Positions 12,181-26,552 of a stretch of DNA of 64,000 nucleotides are shown piece by piece. The position numbers and the translations under genes were made by a program. The notes below the pieces were generated by a model. That model worked only from the letters and a program-made list of their open reading frames with translations. It was not told where the DNA came from and ran no database searches. The stretch lies in NCBI GenBank assembly GCA_964016885.1, contig OZ024760.1, positions 21,142,001 through 21,206,000 on the forward strand, written 5' to 3'. The stretch comes from Eledone cirrhosa. Taxonomy: Eukaryota. Positions within the stretch are counted from its first letter, which is position 1. The number at the start of each line of letters is the position of its first letter.

Positions 12181-12204
12181 GCTACATGAGAGATGATTAC
12201 GGAA
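12181..12204 (+). CDS. ITIH: ITIH-like microexon, 24 nt (GYMRDDYG)
   Basis: Polypyrimidine tract plus tttcag, GTAAGT donor, phase 1-1, open frame. Confidence 0.65.
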
Positions 12205-12504
12205 GTAAGTAAATTAATTCATTATTTGAGTTCTTTGATATATATCTATATATATATCATCTATATATATATATGTGTGCGTGTGTGTGTGTATGTATTT
12301 GTGTGTGTGTGAGAGAGAGAGAGAGAAAGAGAGCGTGAGAGAGAGAGAGAGAGTCGCAGGTTCAATCGGGGTTAACACCAGTAAATAAGGTACTCAATAT
12401 ATCAGTAGAGTATATATAAGAAATTTAATATAGAAATGGCTTCTACAGGACTAGAACTGTTTCATATATATATATCCATCTATTTATATATATATATATA
12501 TATA

Positions 12505-12779
12505 TTAATGAAAAAGAACAAAGGAACTATTATGACATTATAACGAGTTTATTGCCGACAGCCGTTTCGTCCGACCATATGCCTTGAAAAGTCCCACCAT
12601 ATGGTCGGACGAAACGGCTGTCGGCAATAAACTCGTGATAATGTCATAATAGTTCCTTTGTTCTTTTTCACTAATATTTCTGCTCTGCGTATACGCATAG
12701 AGCTTAACTAGCTACCGTCACATATTTGGTAGGTCAGACGTGATCATCGCGATTCACATACGACCTACCATACATCTTG

Positions 12780-12781
<2 letters not shown>
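12505..12781 (+). mobile_element. Palindromic Penelope-like short element, family B
   Basis: ~75-bp inverted arms around 12580-12597, unique 3' tail, (TA)n on both sides; hammerhead 3' half GAAACGGCTGTC. Confidence 0.6.
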
Positions 12782-12839
<58 letters not shown>

Positions 12840-13721
12840 GGCAGGACGAGCATGCGCTTCACTGCTAGCACCGGTTGCACGGACACACACAACATATATA
12901 TATCCATCCATTATAATACATTATAATTAACCCTTTAGCATTCACATTACTCTATATAGTATTATATTTTCATGGTAAAGGCTTTACCTCGCATAATTAT
13001 CTCACATAATATCGAATCTATGAGACTTTGAAAGTATTTATTTTGAGAACAATACCTTAACATCACTTTGAGTGACCAGTTACAGCCAGTTTCAACAGAA
13101 AAAGGTAGAGAATTCTGGCCGGTTAAACAGATTAATTAAAAGGGAAAACGTACCTTCATAACTATGACACCCGGAGAGCCCAATCTAGGGGTAATACACC
13201 CCCTGCTATTACAATCACGTTCTTTTCCTGCATTCTCTCCTAAGATTGAAGGGACAGGCGGGATGGAATCGGAAAAAATATTTTTAGAGAAAAATAACAG
13301 GTCCATCCGAGTTGCCATCTCTTGGAAAACCGTTGATGTTGGCGTTTGGTGTCTGATATACTTTTTTAGAAAAATGGATGATGGAGCGTGTCTACCTGAA
13401 ATGTAAAAAAAAAACTGCTTAGCACAACACCAATATAACTACTGGAAACTATGAGTGTTCACTCTGGTGAACCTACAGTAACTGAAGGTTACTGTCCCTA
13501 TGTATATATGTATATATATATATAGTAATAATAATAAATTTGAAACCGCACCAAAGTACTCAATACTTAGGGTAGTACAGTGGGTAATAGGAAAAAGTTT
13601 AACCGTGACGGCAGGGCTCAAGCCATTTCGACGGCTATTTCCAGTCCAGAAACACAGGCGTGCACATCTTCATATACACCCACACACCATCCCACGCCTC
13701 CTCCGGATCCCCCCCCCCCCC

Positions 13722-13769
13722 ACACACACACCGGGACTATACACACACACACACACACACACACCGGGA

Positions 13770-13822
<53 letters not shown>

Positions 13823-13826
13823 GGGA

Positions 13827-13883
<57 letters not shown>

Positions 13884-13912
13884 GGGACTATACACACACA
13901 CACACACCGGGA

Positions 13913-13961
<49 letters not shown>

Positions 13962-14600
13962 GGGACTATACACACACACACACACACACACCGGGACTAT
14001 ACACACCCACACACACACACACCGGGACTACACACACACACACACACACACACCGGGACTATACACACACACACACACACACACCGGGACTACACACACA
14101 CACACACACACACACCGGGACTATACACACACACACACACACACACCGGGACTATACACACACACACACACACACACCGGGACTATACACACACACACAC
14201 ACACACACCGGGACTATACACACACACACACACACACACCGGGACTATACACACACACACACACACACACCGGGACTATACACACACACACACACACACA
14301 CCGGGACTATACACACACACACACACACACACCGGGACTACACACACACACACACACACACACCGGGACTATACACACACACACACACACACACCGGGAC
14401 TACACACACACACACACACACACACCGGGACTATACACACACACACACACACACACCGGGACTATACACACACACACACACACACACCGGGACTATACAC
14501 ACACACACACACACACACCGGGACTATACACACACACACACACACACACCGGGACTACACACACACACACACACACACACCGGGACTATACACACACACA
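13722..14600. repeat. Compound minisatellite (CA)n-CCGGGACTA, ~30-bp unit
   Basis: CA runs punctuated about 28 times by CCGGGACTA. Confidence 0.95.
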
Positions 14601-14688
14601 GACATACACTCCACTCTAACATACACAATAGTCTTTTCAAAACCCACAATCACGTACGCCCGCTCTCCCCCAGACTCACACTTACATC

Positions 14689-14719
<31 letters not shown>

Positions 14720-15264
14720 GTACATCTACACACACACACCTCACCTTCCGCCATCCTCGCTCGGACTCCGTTTTTCCTCTCCCTCCCTCTCAACCTCCAT
14801 CCACCCCTCACGCACCACCACACCCGTGCCCTACCGAATCCATACACCCCTCCCACTTTTTTTATAACTTTTATTTTCCACTTCATGTTCTATATGCAAT
14901 TTATTTTTATTTCTATTTTTCTCGCTAACTCCACCCCCACCCCCTCACCCCATCTCGGAGTCCCCTCCACCCCAACTCCCCTGATGAAGGGCTTATGCCC
15001 GAAGCGTCGCAACCACACACCCCACTCTCACCAAGCATGAAACTAATAATATTTGTAACATTTACTCCTGCGTTTGTTTATCTTTGTTTTCTGTTATTCC
15101 AAACTATATATATATATATATGTGTGTGTGTATGTATATATATGTGTGTGTATGTATATATATGTGTGTATGTATATATATATGTGTGTGTATGTATATA
15201 TATGTGTGTGTGTGTGTAAATATATGATTTTAATTTTCATACCTGTTTTTCTATTCTATTTCAG

Positions 15265-15297
15265 TGAAGCATAGTAAACAAGGGGAATACATGAAAG
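15265..15297 (+). CDS. ITIH: ITIH-like microexon, 33 nt (MKHSKQGEYMK)
   Basis: ttctattctatttcag acceptor, GTAAGA donor, phase 1-1, open frame. Confidence 0.65.
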
Positions 15298-15317
15298 GTA
15301 AGAAAACATCGATAATA

Positions 15318-15503
15318 ATTGGTTCTACTTTTGGCACAAGGCCAGCAATTACCCAGTGTATTACTGGTACTTTATTTTATCGACCCCCGTAAGGATGAAA
15401 GGCAAAGTTAACCTCGGCGGGATTTGAACTCAGAATGGCAAGGGCCGTAACTCTATCCGTCAAAGCATGGCGTCCGACCCTCTACCGATACTGCCAATCC
15501 ACC
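15318..15503 (-). mobile_element. tRNA-derived SINE
   Basis: Reverse complement of main SINE. Confidence 0.85.
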
Positions 15504-16535
15504 AATAATACCATCAGATATTGATGCTCTGGGCAAATATCCATCGTGCTTTTCTACTGAGAAACATAATCATCATACATATTATATATGTTATGAAACC
15601 TTAACTTAGTAAATAACTACTCCAAATTGTTTAATTTGGTGAGCTGCTTATACTGTGACTAGTAGTTCTTCGCACCTCTTTCTGGCGAATACGAAGTCCA
15701 GTCCTAATATATATTTGCTGCCCCAGTTAAAACTTTCTCACACCATGCTGTCTATGGTTTTGGTCTAACTCTCAGATCCCGTCAATTGTACCTAAGTAAG
15801 GTTTGGTGTAACGTACAATATCAAAACATTTATTGAAGTTTGCTTGAAGCATTGTGGAATAATAAGGTAAATTACTTTAAGTCGTTTGGAAGCCTCGACA
15901 ATGCAGATGGGTAAATCTCCGGGTAACAAGATCCGGTGGTGGAGAGAGAGATGTAAGTGGGTGTACGTTGAGATGCATGGCGTGTATAAGACCGTAGCGT
16001 GTAGAGGAATGTAGGAAAGAGCGTAAAGGATAAAAATAAAAATAAAAATAATAACACGAGATAGAGTTACCTTGGGAGAGATTTAATTGTCCCTATATAT
16101 TTCGGATTCACATCCATCAACTGGGGTTTTTACCGGGGAGGGGGGGGGGGGGGTTCTCTGTCGGAAAAGTGCGAAACGTGTCCTCCGCTGAGGGGAAAAC
16201 GGAGAAACGGGGTTTCATCGATTCTATTACGGGAAAGCTACCAACTATATTGTAGGCCCATGAAGGATGAAAAAAATGGATGACATTGGAGGGATTCGAA
16301 GCTAAAACATACCGGGCCGTACATATTGCAAAGAATTTAGTTTGACGCCTTAATGCTCCTATTTATCCGATTATCTTCGTGAAAGTCCTCAAGGACTAGC
16401 TGATTTGGGTGTTTCTATGTGGTTGTTTGATCTGCATTTTATAGTTGTCAGAAGTTGCTGGACTCTTGGAGAAGGATACATTGCTAAAGGGTTAATTTGT
16501 CTAGGGTGTTAATTTTAAAGTGTGCCAGCTGTAGT

Positions 16536-17323
16536 TTAGTCCAAAGTGGATGCATTTAGAAGGGGTTTGTATCTGGTGATAAAGTATGATTTCTTGTTGA
16601 TGTGCTGGATGTAGGAAGCGTTGTCTTTAAATTTGTAGAGTGGAAAAATTCTGAAATTAGGTTGTTCATTAGATGTGCAAGTCGCAATGTGTTCACTCAG
16701 TGTTATCTTTCTGTATTCCCGTATTTTAATTTGGGATCTATAGACGGTCATACGTTGGCGAAGATTGTTTTTGGTCTGTCCTATGTAGTGCTCTCGACAA
16801 CCTGAACAAGTCAACACATAAATCAGATTTTCTGATGCACATGTGAAATGTGTTTAACTGTAAAGTGTTGTCCTTGTTTGAAGTGGAACTCTGATCCCTC
16901 TATTAGGTTAATACATATAACACAGTTAGGTCTTCCGCATTTTTTTACTGTAGGGTTCATTGTGGGGGTAGGCTGGACTTTGGCCTGTGTAAGGATGTTT
17001 TTCATTGATTTGGGTTGTCTTTTGCTCTTTATGATATTGTGCGCTTGGAGGATTTGATTCATTCTTATGTCTCTTTTTAGTAAAGGTATGTTCTGGAGGA
17101 TGGTGTCGAAGGACTCATTGTTAAGGGGGTTGTGTGTGGAGATGTATGGTAGAGTTTTCAGTTTCGATTTATTCTTTGGTTTGGGGTGTCTAAGTTCCTG
17201 GATATTGAGTTTTAGGGCACGTTGGAATCCATTGTTGATTAGGGATGGTGGGTAATTCCTGGTAATGAGTGTGTCCTTTAATTCTTCAAGTCGTATGTAG
17301 CAGGTGTATCTATCAGATACGAT

Positions 17324-17328
<5 letters not shown>
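16536..17328 (-). mobile_element. Penelope-like element 3' ORF fragment (linker plus GIY-YIG endonuclease), frameshifted
   Basis: RNYPPSLI..LPYISTHNP..KCGRPNCVIC..YVLTCSGCREHYIGQTKNNLRQRM..H; 5' break sits at a (TA)n tract. Confidence 0.85.
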
Positions 17329-17366
<38 letters not shown>

Positions 17367-17624
17367 AAATTTGTTCCGAAAGTATTGCCTGTGTCTGACG
17401 AACCTGCGGATCTAGAATCAGACAGATCCATACAATGATCGTGTCTCGAGCTATCTGCCGGCGAAACAATTGTAACACACAATAAACTGAGTCCAGATGC
17501 ATCACTGATTTTTCGTTTTATATTATATATATATATACATAGTGAAAAAAGTGTGGACGTTAGAAAACGTTCTGTACAGATCACGTTATATAAAGAAAAT
17601 TATAATAAAAAGGATCTTTATAAT

Positions 17625-17909
17625 ATGGATCTTTATAATATGTACAAAAAAATCGATGTTAGCCAAGCCTGCTTTATTCGTTTTGGATCTTCAAAACATT
17701 TGTTATTAGGTTAAATTGTTTTTTCGTTAAAACTCCTACATGCTGATTTTCGAGACCCAAACCATGTAATCGAAAATCAGCATGCGGGAGTTTTAACGAA
17801 AAACCAATTTAATCTAATTACAAATGTTGTGAAGATCCAAAACAGAGAAAGCAAGCTTCGCTAACAATCGATTTTTTTTATTTTTTTAATACATATTATA
17901 TAGATCCTT
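17625..17909. repeat. Imperfect ~125-bp inverted repeat (hairpin), TA-flanked
   Basis: Arms 17625-17753 and 17770-17909 are reverse complements around GACCCAAACCATGTAA. Confidence 0.8.
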
Positions 17910-18295
17910 TATATATATATATATATACCAGGTGCACTTTTCGAATCCTTTTTTATTATCATGTATGTGTGTGTGTGTGTCTGTAAGTATGTATGTATAT
18001 ATGTATATATGTATGTATATATATATATATATATGTATGAGTGTATATATGTATGTATTCATGTTTGTATGTATGTAACTTATTACAATTACAACTAAGT
18101 AGCGAGTCTTATTACTCTGGAGTTTCGCCAGCTTATCACAGGGTTGCCAGACAGGATAATAAAATGAATATTTAAACTCTCCTTCGGTATTGAGTACTCT
18201 TTTCTTTCGGTCGACAACTATATATATATATATATTAAGAGTTTAAGCGCATATGGAGGAGTGAATATATTCGAATAAGTTAGTAAAATACTCTC

Positions 18296-18478
18296 TTGTT
18301 CTCTCTCTTTTTCTCTCTTTCTTTCTCTCTCGCTCTCTCCCTCTCTCTGTTAAAATAATCTTTTTCTCTCTTTCTTTCTCTCTCGCTCTCTCCCTCTCTC
18401 TGTTAAAATAATCTTTTTCTCTCTTTCTTTCTCTCTCGCTCTCTCCCTCTCTCTGTTAAAATAATCTTTTTCTCTCTA
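18296..18478. repeat. CT-rich ~52-bp unit, three copies, upstream of microexon
   Basis: CTCTCTTTCTTTCTCTCTCGCTCTCTCCCTCTCTCTGTTAAAATAATCTTTTT repeated. Confidence 0.85.
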
Positions 18479-18486
18479 TGTTGCAG

Positions 18487-18501
18487 AGGTTGAAAGCGGA
18501 G
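18487..18501 (+). CDS. ITIH: ITIH-like microexon, 15 nt (EVESG)
   Basis: Long pyrimidine tract plus ttgcag, GTAAGT donor, phase 1-1. Confidence 0.6.
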
Positions 18502-18629
18502 GTAAGTAGAATCGGTTTTCAACTTTAGATATTAAAACAAGAAACTTTATAATTTCATAGAGAGAATTAATTCTGCCTGCCGTGATGTGTGGGACATCCG
18601 TCGGTTTCGACGGTTATTATTATTCCATA

Positions 18630-18962
18630 TACCGAATGGCTCTGAACATTAATCAGTATACACTGAGGATGAAAAACTCAGAGCTGTATGGGAGCATCCC
18701 AAAAGTCAGCTCAAAAGTGACACAGAGGAGACTGAAGTTAGCTGGACATGCTCACCGACATCCAGAGTTGACATTGCACTCAGTGCTCCTGTGGGAGCCC
18801 CTACATGGACACACTAGAAGAGGAAGACCAAGGTTAACGTATGTTGATGCCCCAAGGACAGACACTGGTCTGTTGGAGACGCAGGACATGGCAGCGATAA
18901 TGAGGGACAGAGACCGCTGGAGAGAACTCGTCCATGGATCTCTGGAATTTTACCCGCCTTAG
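18630..18962 (+). mobile_element. 3' fragment of RTE-type LINE
   Basis: NSELYG..RRLKLAGHAHRH..LLWEP..RGRPRLTYVD..DRDRWR is the RTE ORF C-terminus. Confidence 0.85.
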
Positions 18963-19253
18963 AAATATACCGAACAACCTCCTCAAGTTATATGATAAAT
19001 CTATGTATGCATGTATGTTCCCTTAACTGCTGGTGAATACGTAGGGAAGCTGTCATCACGTATATGTTGGCATGTTTAACCCCGTAACTTCTGGTGGTGT
19101 CTTAGGGACGCTATCATCACATATATGCTGGCGTGTATAGTATAACCCTTTTACTACTGGTGGGGACTTAGGGACCTCGTCATCAACTATATGTTGACAT
19201 GTATAAACTCTTAACTGCTTGGACGCTATCATGTTTATATATACTTATGTATA

Positions 19254-19349
<96 letters not shown>

Positions 19350-19351
<2 letters not shown>

Positions 19352-19765
19352 AGTAAGTAAGACCCCGACGGCTGCGCTCAAGCCGTATCGACGGCTAATT
19401 CTGTACTGAATGAAAAATCAGTTCTGGTATTTAAATAGCCGAACTTGTCAAGGGGCAATTCCATATATGGTCAAAGAGATAATCACCAGGATTGGTCATC
19501 CCACAAGGTAGTAGTAATTACTACTACCTTGTGGGATGACCAATCCTGGTGATTATCTCTTTGACCATATATGGAATTGCCCCTTGACAAGTTCGGCTAT
19601 TTAAATACCAGAACTGATTTTTCATTCAGTACAGAATTAGCCGTCGAAACGGCTTGAGCTCAGCCGTCGGGGTCTTACTTACTCCTATTACCCACTCTAC
19701 TATCCTAAGTATTGAGTACTTTGGTGCGTTATGGTCCACCTGGTTCCTTACCACTTTTCCTTCGC
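19350..19765 (+). mobile_element. Palindromic Penelope-like short element, family C
   Basis: Near-perfect 168-bp arms centred near 19517, 80-nt unique tail, (TA)n flanks; hammerhead 3' half GAAACGGCT..AGCCGTC; other copies at 13535, 26039, 27346, 63641. Confidence 0.7.
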
Positions 19766-20195
19766 TATATATATATATATATATATATACAAACATACAC
19801 ACGCACACTTACATATGTATATATACATATATATATATACATATGTACATACATGTATGTATGTATGTATGTATGTATGTATGTATGTATGTATGTATGT
19901 ATGTATGTATGTATAAAGGGTTTACTGCTACTATCACTTGCCACTAGCAACTGAATGTGGTGGCACGCTATTTTTATCTTTCTATCACAGGGAGGTGAAC
20001 TCCCGCTAACGAACTAGCACCACGCCTAATTACGTCCTGTGTAATATCATTACCTAATATTCTGCACATGGCTGTACCTTTCGGTGCACTGCCAGCAGTT
20101 TGGGACCGCAGAAACTGTTGCAGCAATCCGGGGTAACATCTTACACACACGGAGTTGTCTTTCTCACTGATTAACGAAAGTGTGCACTCTAACCA

Positions 20196-20250
<55 letters not shown>

Positions 20251-20761
20251 AAAAGGCAAACAGAAATAACAAATCAAACGACACAATACAATGGAGAAAT
20301 ATATTATTAGGTTTACACTTGATATAGTAGGAAAAGAGTCTTAATGTTTCGGACGTTAGTCCTTCATCATAGTGTGTGAACAAATATGATGAAACATTTT
20401 ATATTTTTGACAACACACACAAAAACAAGATGGCGTAGGACAGAACAAAGGAGAGGCACACAAACAAAGAAAAGATCCCCAGTCACTGAAGAGGTCACAG
20501 AATGTGTGACGAAAGAACTTTGACAATATATAAACAATCATCTGGTTGTGGAACCAACCAACCAACCGGAAGTTTATAAATTCCTAAATTTATAAATATA
20601 TTATAATAAATTGAAGTGAATACAACTGGTGCGTGTGTTTCTTATTGGAAACATGACCCTCCCAAAGTATAACAATATCGGTTTCAACACACGTTTTCAG
20701 ATAAAGAATCTTGCTAAACAAATTCAGAAACGAAATTTTATATTGTCTTATACTTTCACAG

Positions 20762-20875
20762 TTATAAATGATCCTCATTTCATCATCCACTTACCAACAC
20801 TTGAGCTACCTCTCTGTTTCGAAGTCCCAGCACAGTCAGGACAGCATATTCTACTTCTCGATGATCCGACAACAG
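20762..20875 (+). CDS. ITIH: ITIH-like exon with VINDPHFII processing site
   Basis: DPHFII..LCF..G..L.LLDDPTTG matches the start of the ITIH C-terminal domain; tttcacag acceptor, GT donor at 20876. Confidence 0.9.
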
Positions 20876-20934
20876 GTTTGTTTCACTCTTTATCCTTTCT
20901 TTCTCTTTTTTTCCCTTCCACCCAACTCTATGTA

Positions 20935-21935
20935 TTAACCCTTTCGTTACCATATTTCTAATGAAAGACACTGTCTATGTCATTAACCCTTTCATTACCA
21001 TATTTCTAATGAAAGGCACTGTCTATGTCATTAACCCTTTCATTACCATATTTCTAATGAAAGACACTGTCTATGTCATTAACCCTTTCATTTCCATATT
21101 TCTAATGAAAGACACTGTCTATGTCATTAACCCTTTCGTTACCATATTTCTAATGAAAGACACTGTCTATGTCATTAACCCTTTCATTACCATATTTCTA
21201 ATGAAAGGCACTGTCTATGTCATTAACCCTTTCATTTCCATATTTCTAATGAAAGACACTGTCTATGTCATTAACCCTTTCATTACCATATTTCTAATGA
21301 AAAACACTGTCTATGTCATTAACCCTTTCATTACCATATTTCTAATGAAAGACACTGTCTATGTCATTAACCCTTTCATTTCCATATTTCTAATGAAAGA
21401 CACTGTCTATGTCATTAACCCTTTCATTACCATATTTCTAATGAAAGACACTGTCTATGTAATTAACCCTTTCTTACCATATTTCTAATGAAAGACACTG
21501 TCTATGTCATTAACCCTTTCATTACCATATTTCTAATGAAAGACACTGTCTATGTCATTAACCCTTTCATTACCATATTTCTAATGAAAGACACTATCTA
21601 TGTAATTAACCATTTCTTACCATATTTCTAATGAAAAACACTGTCTATGTCATTTACCCTTTCATTACCATATTTCTAATGAAAGACACTGTCTATGTCA
21701 TTAACCCTTTCATTACCATATTTCTAATGAAAGACACTGTCTATGTCATTAACCCTTTCATTATCATATTTCTAATGAAAGACACTGTCTATGTCATTTA
21801 CCCTTTCATTACCATATTTCTAATGAAAGACACTGTCTATGTCATTAACCCTTTCATTACCATATTTCTAATGAAAGACACTGTCTATGTCATTAACCCT
21901 TTCATTACCATATTTCTAATGAAAGACACTGTCTA
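20935..21935 (+). repeat. 48-bp tandem array (~21 copies) from the terminus of a TTAA MITE
   Basis: Unit TTAACCCTTTCATTACCATATTTCTAATGAAAGACACTGTCTATGTCA; continues into a MITE body ending AATGGTTAA near 22113. Confidence 0.9.
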
Positions 21936-22409
21936 TGATTTTCAAATAATCTTTATAACAAACAAGAATTTGAAGACATTTAGTAATATAACTAAATGTC
22001 TCATAACACAGGTTCTCACATAAAATTATGATGGATGGTCTTTAGATATGTATAAAAGCTTCGTAAGGCAGAAGAAGGGTCAGTTTCAGGCAGTTTCGTA
22101 TCTAAATGGTTAAATAATAGATAAAGAGGGAAGATATAGGCTAGTTTTTATGAATTACTGTGCTTCTATGTGTATATGCATGCACGTGTGTATGTTATAT
22201 ATATATATGTATATGTGCTACACATATAGGTATGGACGTGTATTAAAAGAGAAGGTCTCTAGACAGATATGAGGTGTAATTTGAGCCTAAAATGCACAGA
22301 GCATGGACAAATACTACAAGGTATCCTGTCTGATGCTCTAACTATTCCACAAATCCACATCCCTGGACAAGAACTTTACCTATCAAAAGATAAAAGGCAA
22401 AGTTGATAT

Positions 22410-22518
22410 ATAATGTATATATATACACACATATATATATACACATATATATATATACATACACATACATATATATATACATACATATATATATAGATAC
22501 ATACACATACATATATAC

Positions 22519-22549
<31 letters not shown>

Positions 22550-22739
22550 CACACACATATATATATACACACACACATATATATATACATAGATACATAT
22601 ATATATATATACATATATATATACATACATACATATATATATACATACATATATATATATATACACATACATATATATATATACATATATATATATACAT
22701 ACATATACATATATATATATATACATATATATATATACA

Positions 22740-22770
<31 letters not shown>

Positions 22771-22806
22771 ATACATGCATACATACATATATATACATAC
22801 ATACAT

Positions 22807-22839
<33 letters not shown>

Positions 22840-22895
22840 CATACTCGTACATACATATATATACATATATATACATACATACACATATATATATA
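22410..22895. repeat. Degenerate (TA)/(TACA) microsatellite
   Basis: Direct reading. Confidence 0.95.
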
Positions 22896-23136
22896 GAGAG
22901 AGAGGGGGGGGATATGTGTGGCTGAGTGCATTTTTACAAATGTTCAATATGTAAATAACTTTATAAAAACTTATAGAAGTTATAAAAAAAAAAGAATAAC
23001 ACTTTATATTCCGAGATGTATTGTACAAGTTACCACATAATTAGATGGTCATTTGTTTTAGACATATAGCCTTTTGAAGTATAGTATTTTTGACACACCC
23101 GGTACTAACATTAGTTTTAATTTGATAATTTTGTAG

Positions 23137-23496
23137 GGGAGAGAGTGACGGCGACTGTAGTGGCGAGCAAAGTAAAAAACAAAGATGGCCACCTGAGAAC
23201 ATACTTGGGAGCTGTGAAGATCGCGTTTTCATCGGTTGTCATTCATCTCACGCCAAGAATGATTCGTGTGAACAATATACCTTTATCTTGGGCAAAGGAA
23301 TCATCTTTGAAGGTAAATGAAATCAAGCTGGTTGTGACCGGAAGTGGCCAACATGTGAACATATATGTGGACAATTCTACACACTTTATGGTAAAACGTA
23401 CTCTCGTCTCTCATAACGATCTTAAACGAGTGAATTACCTCAATTTTTACATCATTGACTACACTGGATTATCTTCAGATACAACTGGATTACTTG
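23137..23496 (+). CDS. ITIH: ITIH-like exon, C-terminal domain
   Basis: GERVTATVV..RTYLG..YLNFYIIDYTGLSSDTTGLLG matches ITIH TYF..L.FY....FS...GLLGQF; canonical splice sites, phase 1-1. Confidence 0.9.
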
Positions 23497-24406
23497 GTAA
23501 GTTTAATTTTGAAATAAATTCTTTTTCCGAATTGTTGAAGAGTCATTTTAGCTACAGTTGTATATATCTAGTTAGTGACTTGATCTGAGATTGTGTTGAA
23601 ACTAAAGCAATTACATCGTGGAAGATGTAAACTAAATGTTTAGCCATTTAAAATCACACCAAAAAAAAAAAAAAAAAAATCTGTTAAATTTATTTTTCAT
23701 TTATCATATATTTTCGGTGTCGAAATTTTCGATGCAATGTTTGCGACCTAGTCATTAACAGTTTCTTTTTTAGATTACTTTTACAAACATTCCAAATTCT
23801 TTTCTCCCTTCCCCCTCCCCGATAAAGAACTTATGATAAAATACATTAATATAAACAAATGTTGAACTAAAGTATAATCGCTGGAAAAAAAAAAGATACA
23901 TTTTTTACCAAGAAGAAAGTCACACTTAGTACTTTAAAAAAGTCGGTAAAACATCGGTAAAACATCTTATATATATATATGGCCTTTGTCGGTATCGACG
24001 ATGAGCGTTTCAATTATTCAGTCAACTGAACCATCTGTTCGTAACGTGTAAATGACTGAGCATTCCATAGGTACTCTCATACTCATAGTTCTCGGGGAGA
24101 ATCAGCATAACACAGAGTGTGATCTGGCTGGCCTTTCAATTACAGGTATAGTCTATCAGACGGACTTCTAAGCAGTTTCACTAACAAGGCATGTGTCCGT
24201 GGCTATAGCAAATGACAATTATATTCCTTATATTAAGTATGTTAACTTCTGTTAACTGTACTAATTATATTATGTTAAGTATGTTAACCTATGTTAATTA
24301 TAATCATATTTTTTGCGAACAATACTTGTATGTTAACTTCTGTTAACTCTACTCCTTATATTAACCTCTGTTCATTCTATTATTTCTTGTTTCCGTCTAT
24401 TTTCAG

Positions 24407-24651
24407 GACAATTTGGTCACACCAGTATTTATTCTAAGAAATCCACGGAGTTTCAAATGTTATCTGCAACTCAAGAGCTTTTTGGTAACGATGGAAATGG
24501 CAAGAAATTCCAACTCCAAGCCACTTTAATAGAAAGACTTGAATTACTTGATTCTCATTCAACGAAACCTTGTTGGAAAATACCAATGTTGCAGAACAGT
24601 GCTTTGTTCGCTGGCAAAAATATTAACCACTTCTTTGTGAAGTTTTTGTGA
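24407..24651 (+). CDS. ITIH: ITIH-like terminal coding exon (GQFGH...CW...VKFL*)
   Basis: ttttcag acceptor completes GLLG|QF; conserved CW near the end; TGA at 24649-24651; AATAAA near 24770. Confidence 0.88.
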
Positions 24652-26146
24652 TCGGAAGCTTCCAATTTAATCAGTTAAATATTATTTTAATTTGCAAGTC
24701 GAAAGAAAAATATAAGTAATGAAAGCAATATGCAAAAGAAATGAAAATATATTCGAATTATTTTTATTAAAATAAACAAAAAAAAAAAAGAGAAACTATG
24801 GAGTTTCTTCTTCTCGGAAAGGTGGTGGTGCAGAGTGTTGAGACACGCTTTACAGTATTGATCCGGCTAGATGACCAACAGAACTCGTCTTACCTAAGCA
24901 CATGTCTGTCGAAGCGGCGATCTTTATATAACACAAAAAAGACAATCTATAACATACATATATATATGATTTCTAATTTAGGAAAAATCCAGCAAGTGTT
25001 ATGAGGAAAAGGCAAAACTGATTAAATCCGCCCCAGTAGTTAACTGATACTTTATTTCATTGACCTTCGGAAAGATGAAAAGCAAAGTTGAACTTGGCGC
25101 GATTGGAACTCAGAATGTAAAGAGTCGAAACAAATACCGCAGTGGTCTTTTATCCGATGCTCTACCAATTCTGCCAAATCAATCGCCCCTAATGTATAAT
25201 AAAGACATTCAAAGTAAAATATAGCATTTGATTAAACAAGAAATAAGAATCGCGAGTGAGGAGGAGTATGTGTTCTGCTTACGATCGAAAGTTCGACTAT
25301 AGTTACCTAACTCGACATACGAAACTCAACCATCGCAGATGGAATGTGTTGTGCTTATAATACGTCAAAGAGTTTCGTTAAAAAAAGTGGTGTCTTATAT
25401 AAGGCGGCGAATTGACAGAGTCGTTAGAAGCTTGGAAAGAATACTTTGCGGTATTCGTTTTGACTCTGCTCTCTCAGTTCAAATCCCACCGAGGTTAACT
25501 TTGCCTTTCATCCATTCGAGGTCGATAAAAAAAAAAACAAAAAAACGTACCAGTATAGTACTGGGGTCGATTTTTCCTTTATATCACTTCCTCACTTCCA
25601 GTCTCTCTCGCTCTCCATCTCTTGAAGAAATCTGCTATATGCTGACCAGGTTTTAAAAGGCGTTAGAAACACTATGTCAATATGGCCCCCGTACGACTCT
25701 CCCTGGAGTTACGCGATAGAAAGAAAGTTTTCCTACATAATTGTTTACGCCCCGAGTTCAAATCCTGCCGCAGTTTAAGCTTTGCCCTTCATCCTTACGG
25801 GGGGTCGATAAAATAAAGTACCAGTAATGTAATAATTGTTTCTACGTTAGGCACAAGGCCAGTGTATTACTGGTACTTTATTTTATCGACCCCGTAAGGA
25901 TGAAAGGCAAAGTTAAATAATTATCAATAATAAGAATTATTGATTCGATAAACTGAATACGAGACCTTAATTCAGTGAATGTCTTACGAATTCATCACGC
26001 AATACTTTTATACACACACCGATATATATATATATATAGGAAAATGTATAACCCCGACGGAAAGCTCAAGCCGTTTCGACGGCTATTTCTGGACTAACTA
26101 TATATATAATATATATATAATATATATATAATATATATATATAATA

Positions 26147-26552
<406 letters not shown>

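Noticed and set aside
13500-15040. His/Thr-rich ORFs of 319-486 aa
   Set aside because: Translations of a CA microsatellite
20335-20375. Hammerhead-like motif on minus (ATGATGAAGGACTAACGTCCGAAAC); similar at 14981 and 46179
   Set aside because: Core substitutions and no clear stem I/III closure; treated as decayed remnants
20961-22023. MKDTVYVINPFITIFL repeat ORFs
   Set aside because: 48-bp intronic satellite; frame broken by indels
22342-23028. Tyr/Ile/Met-rich ORFs
   Set aside because: TA/TACA microsatellite artefacts; the same applies to similar ORFs across the window
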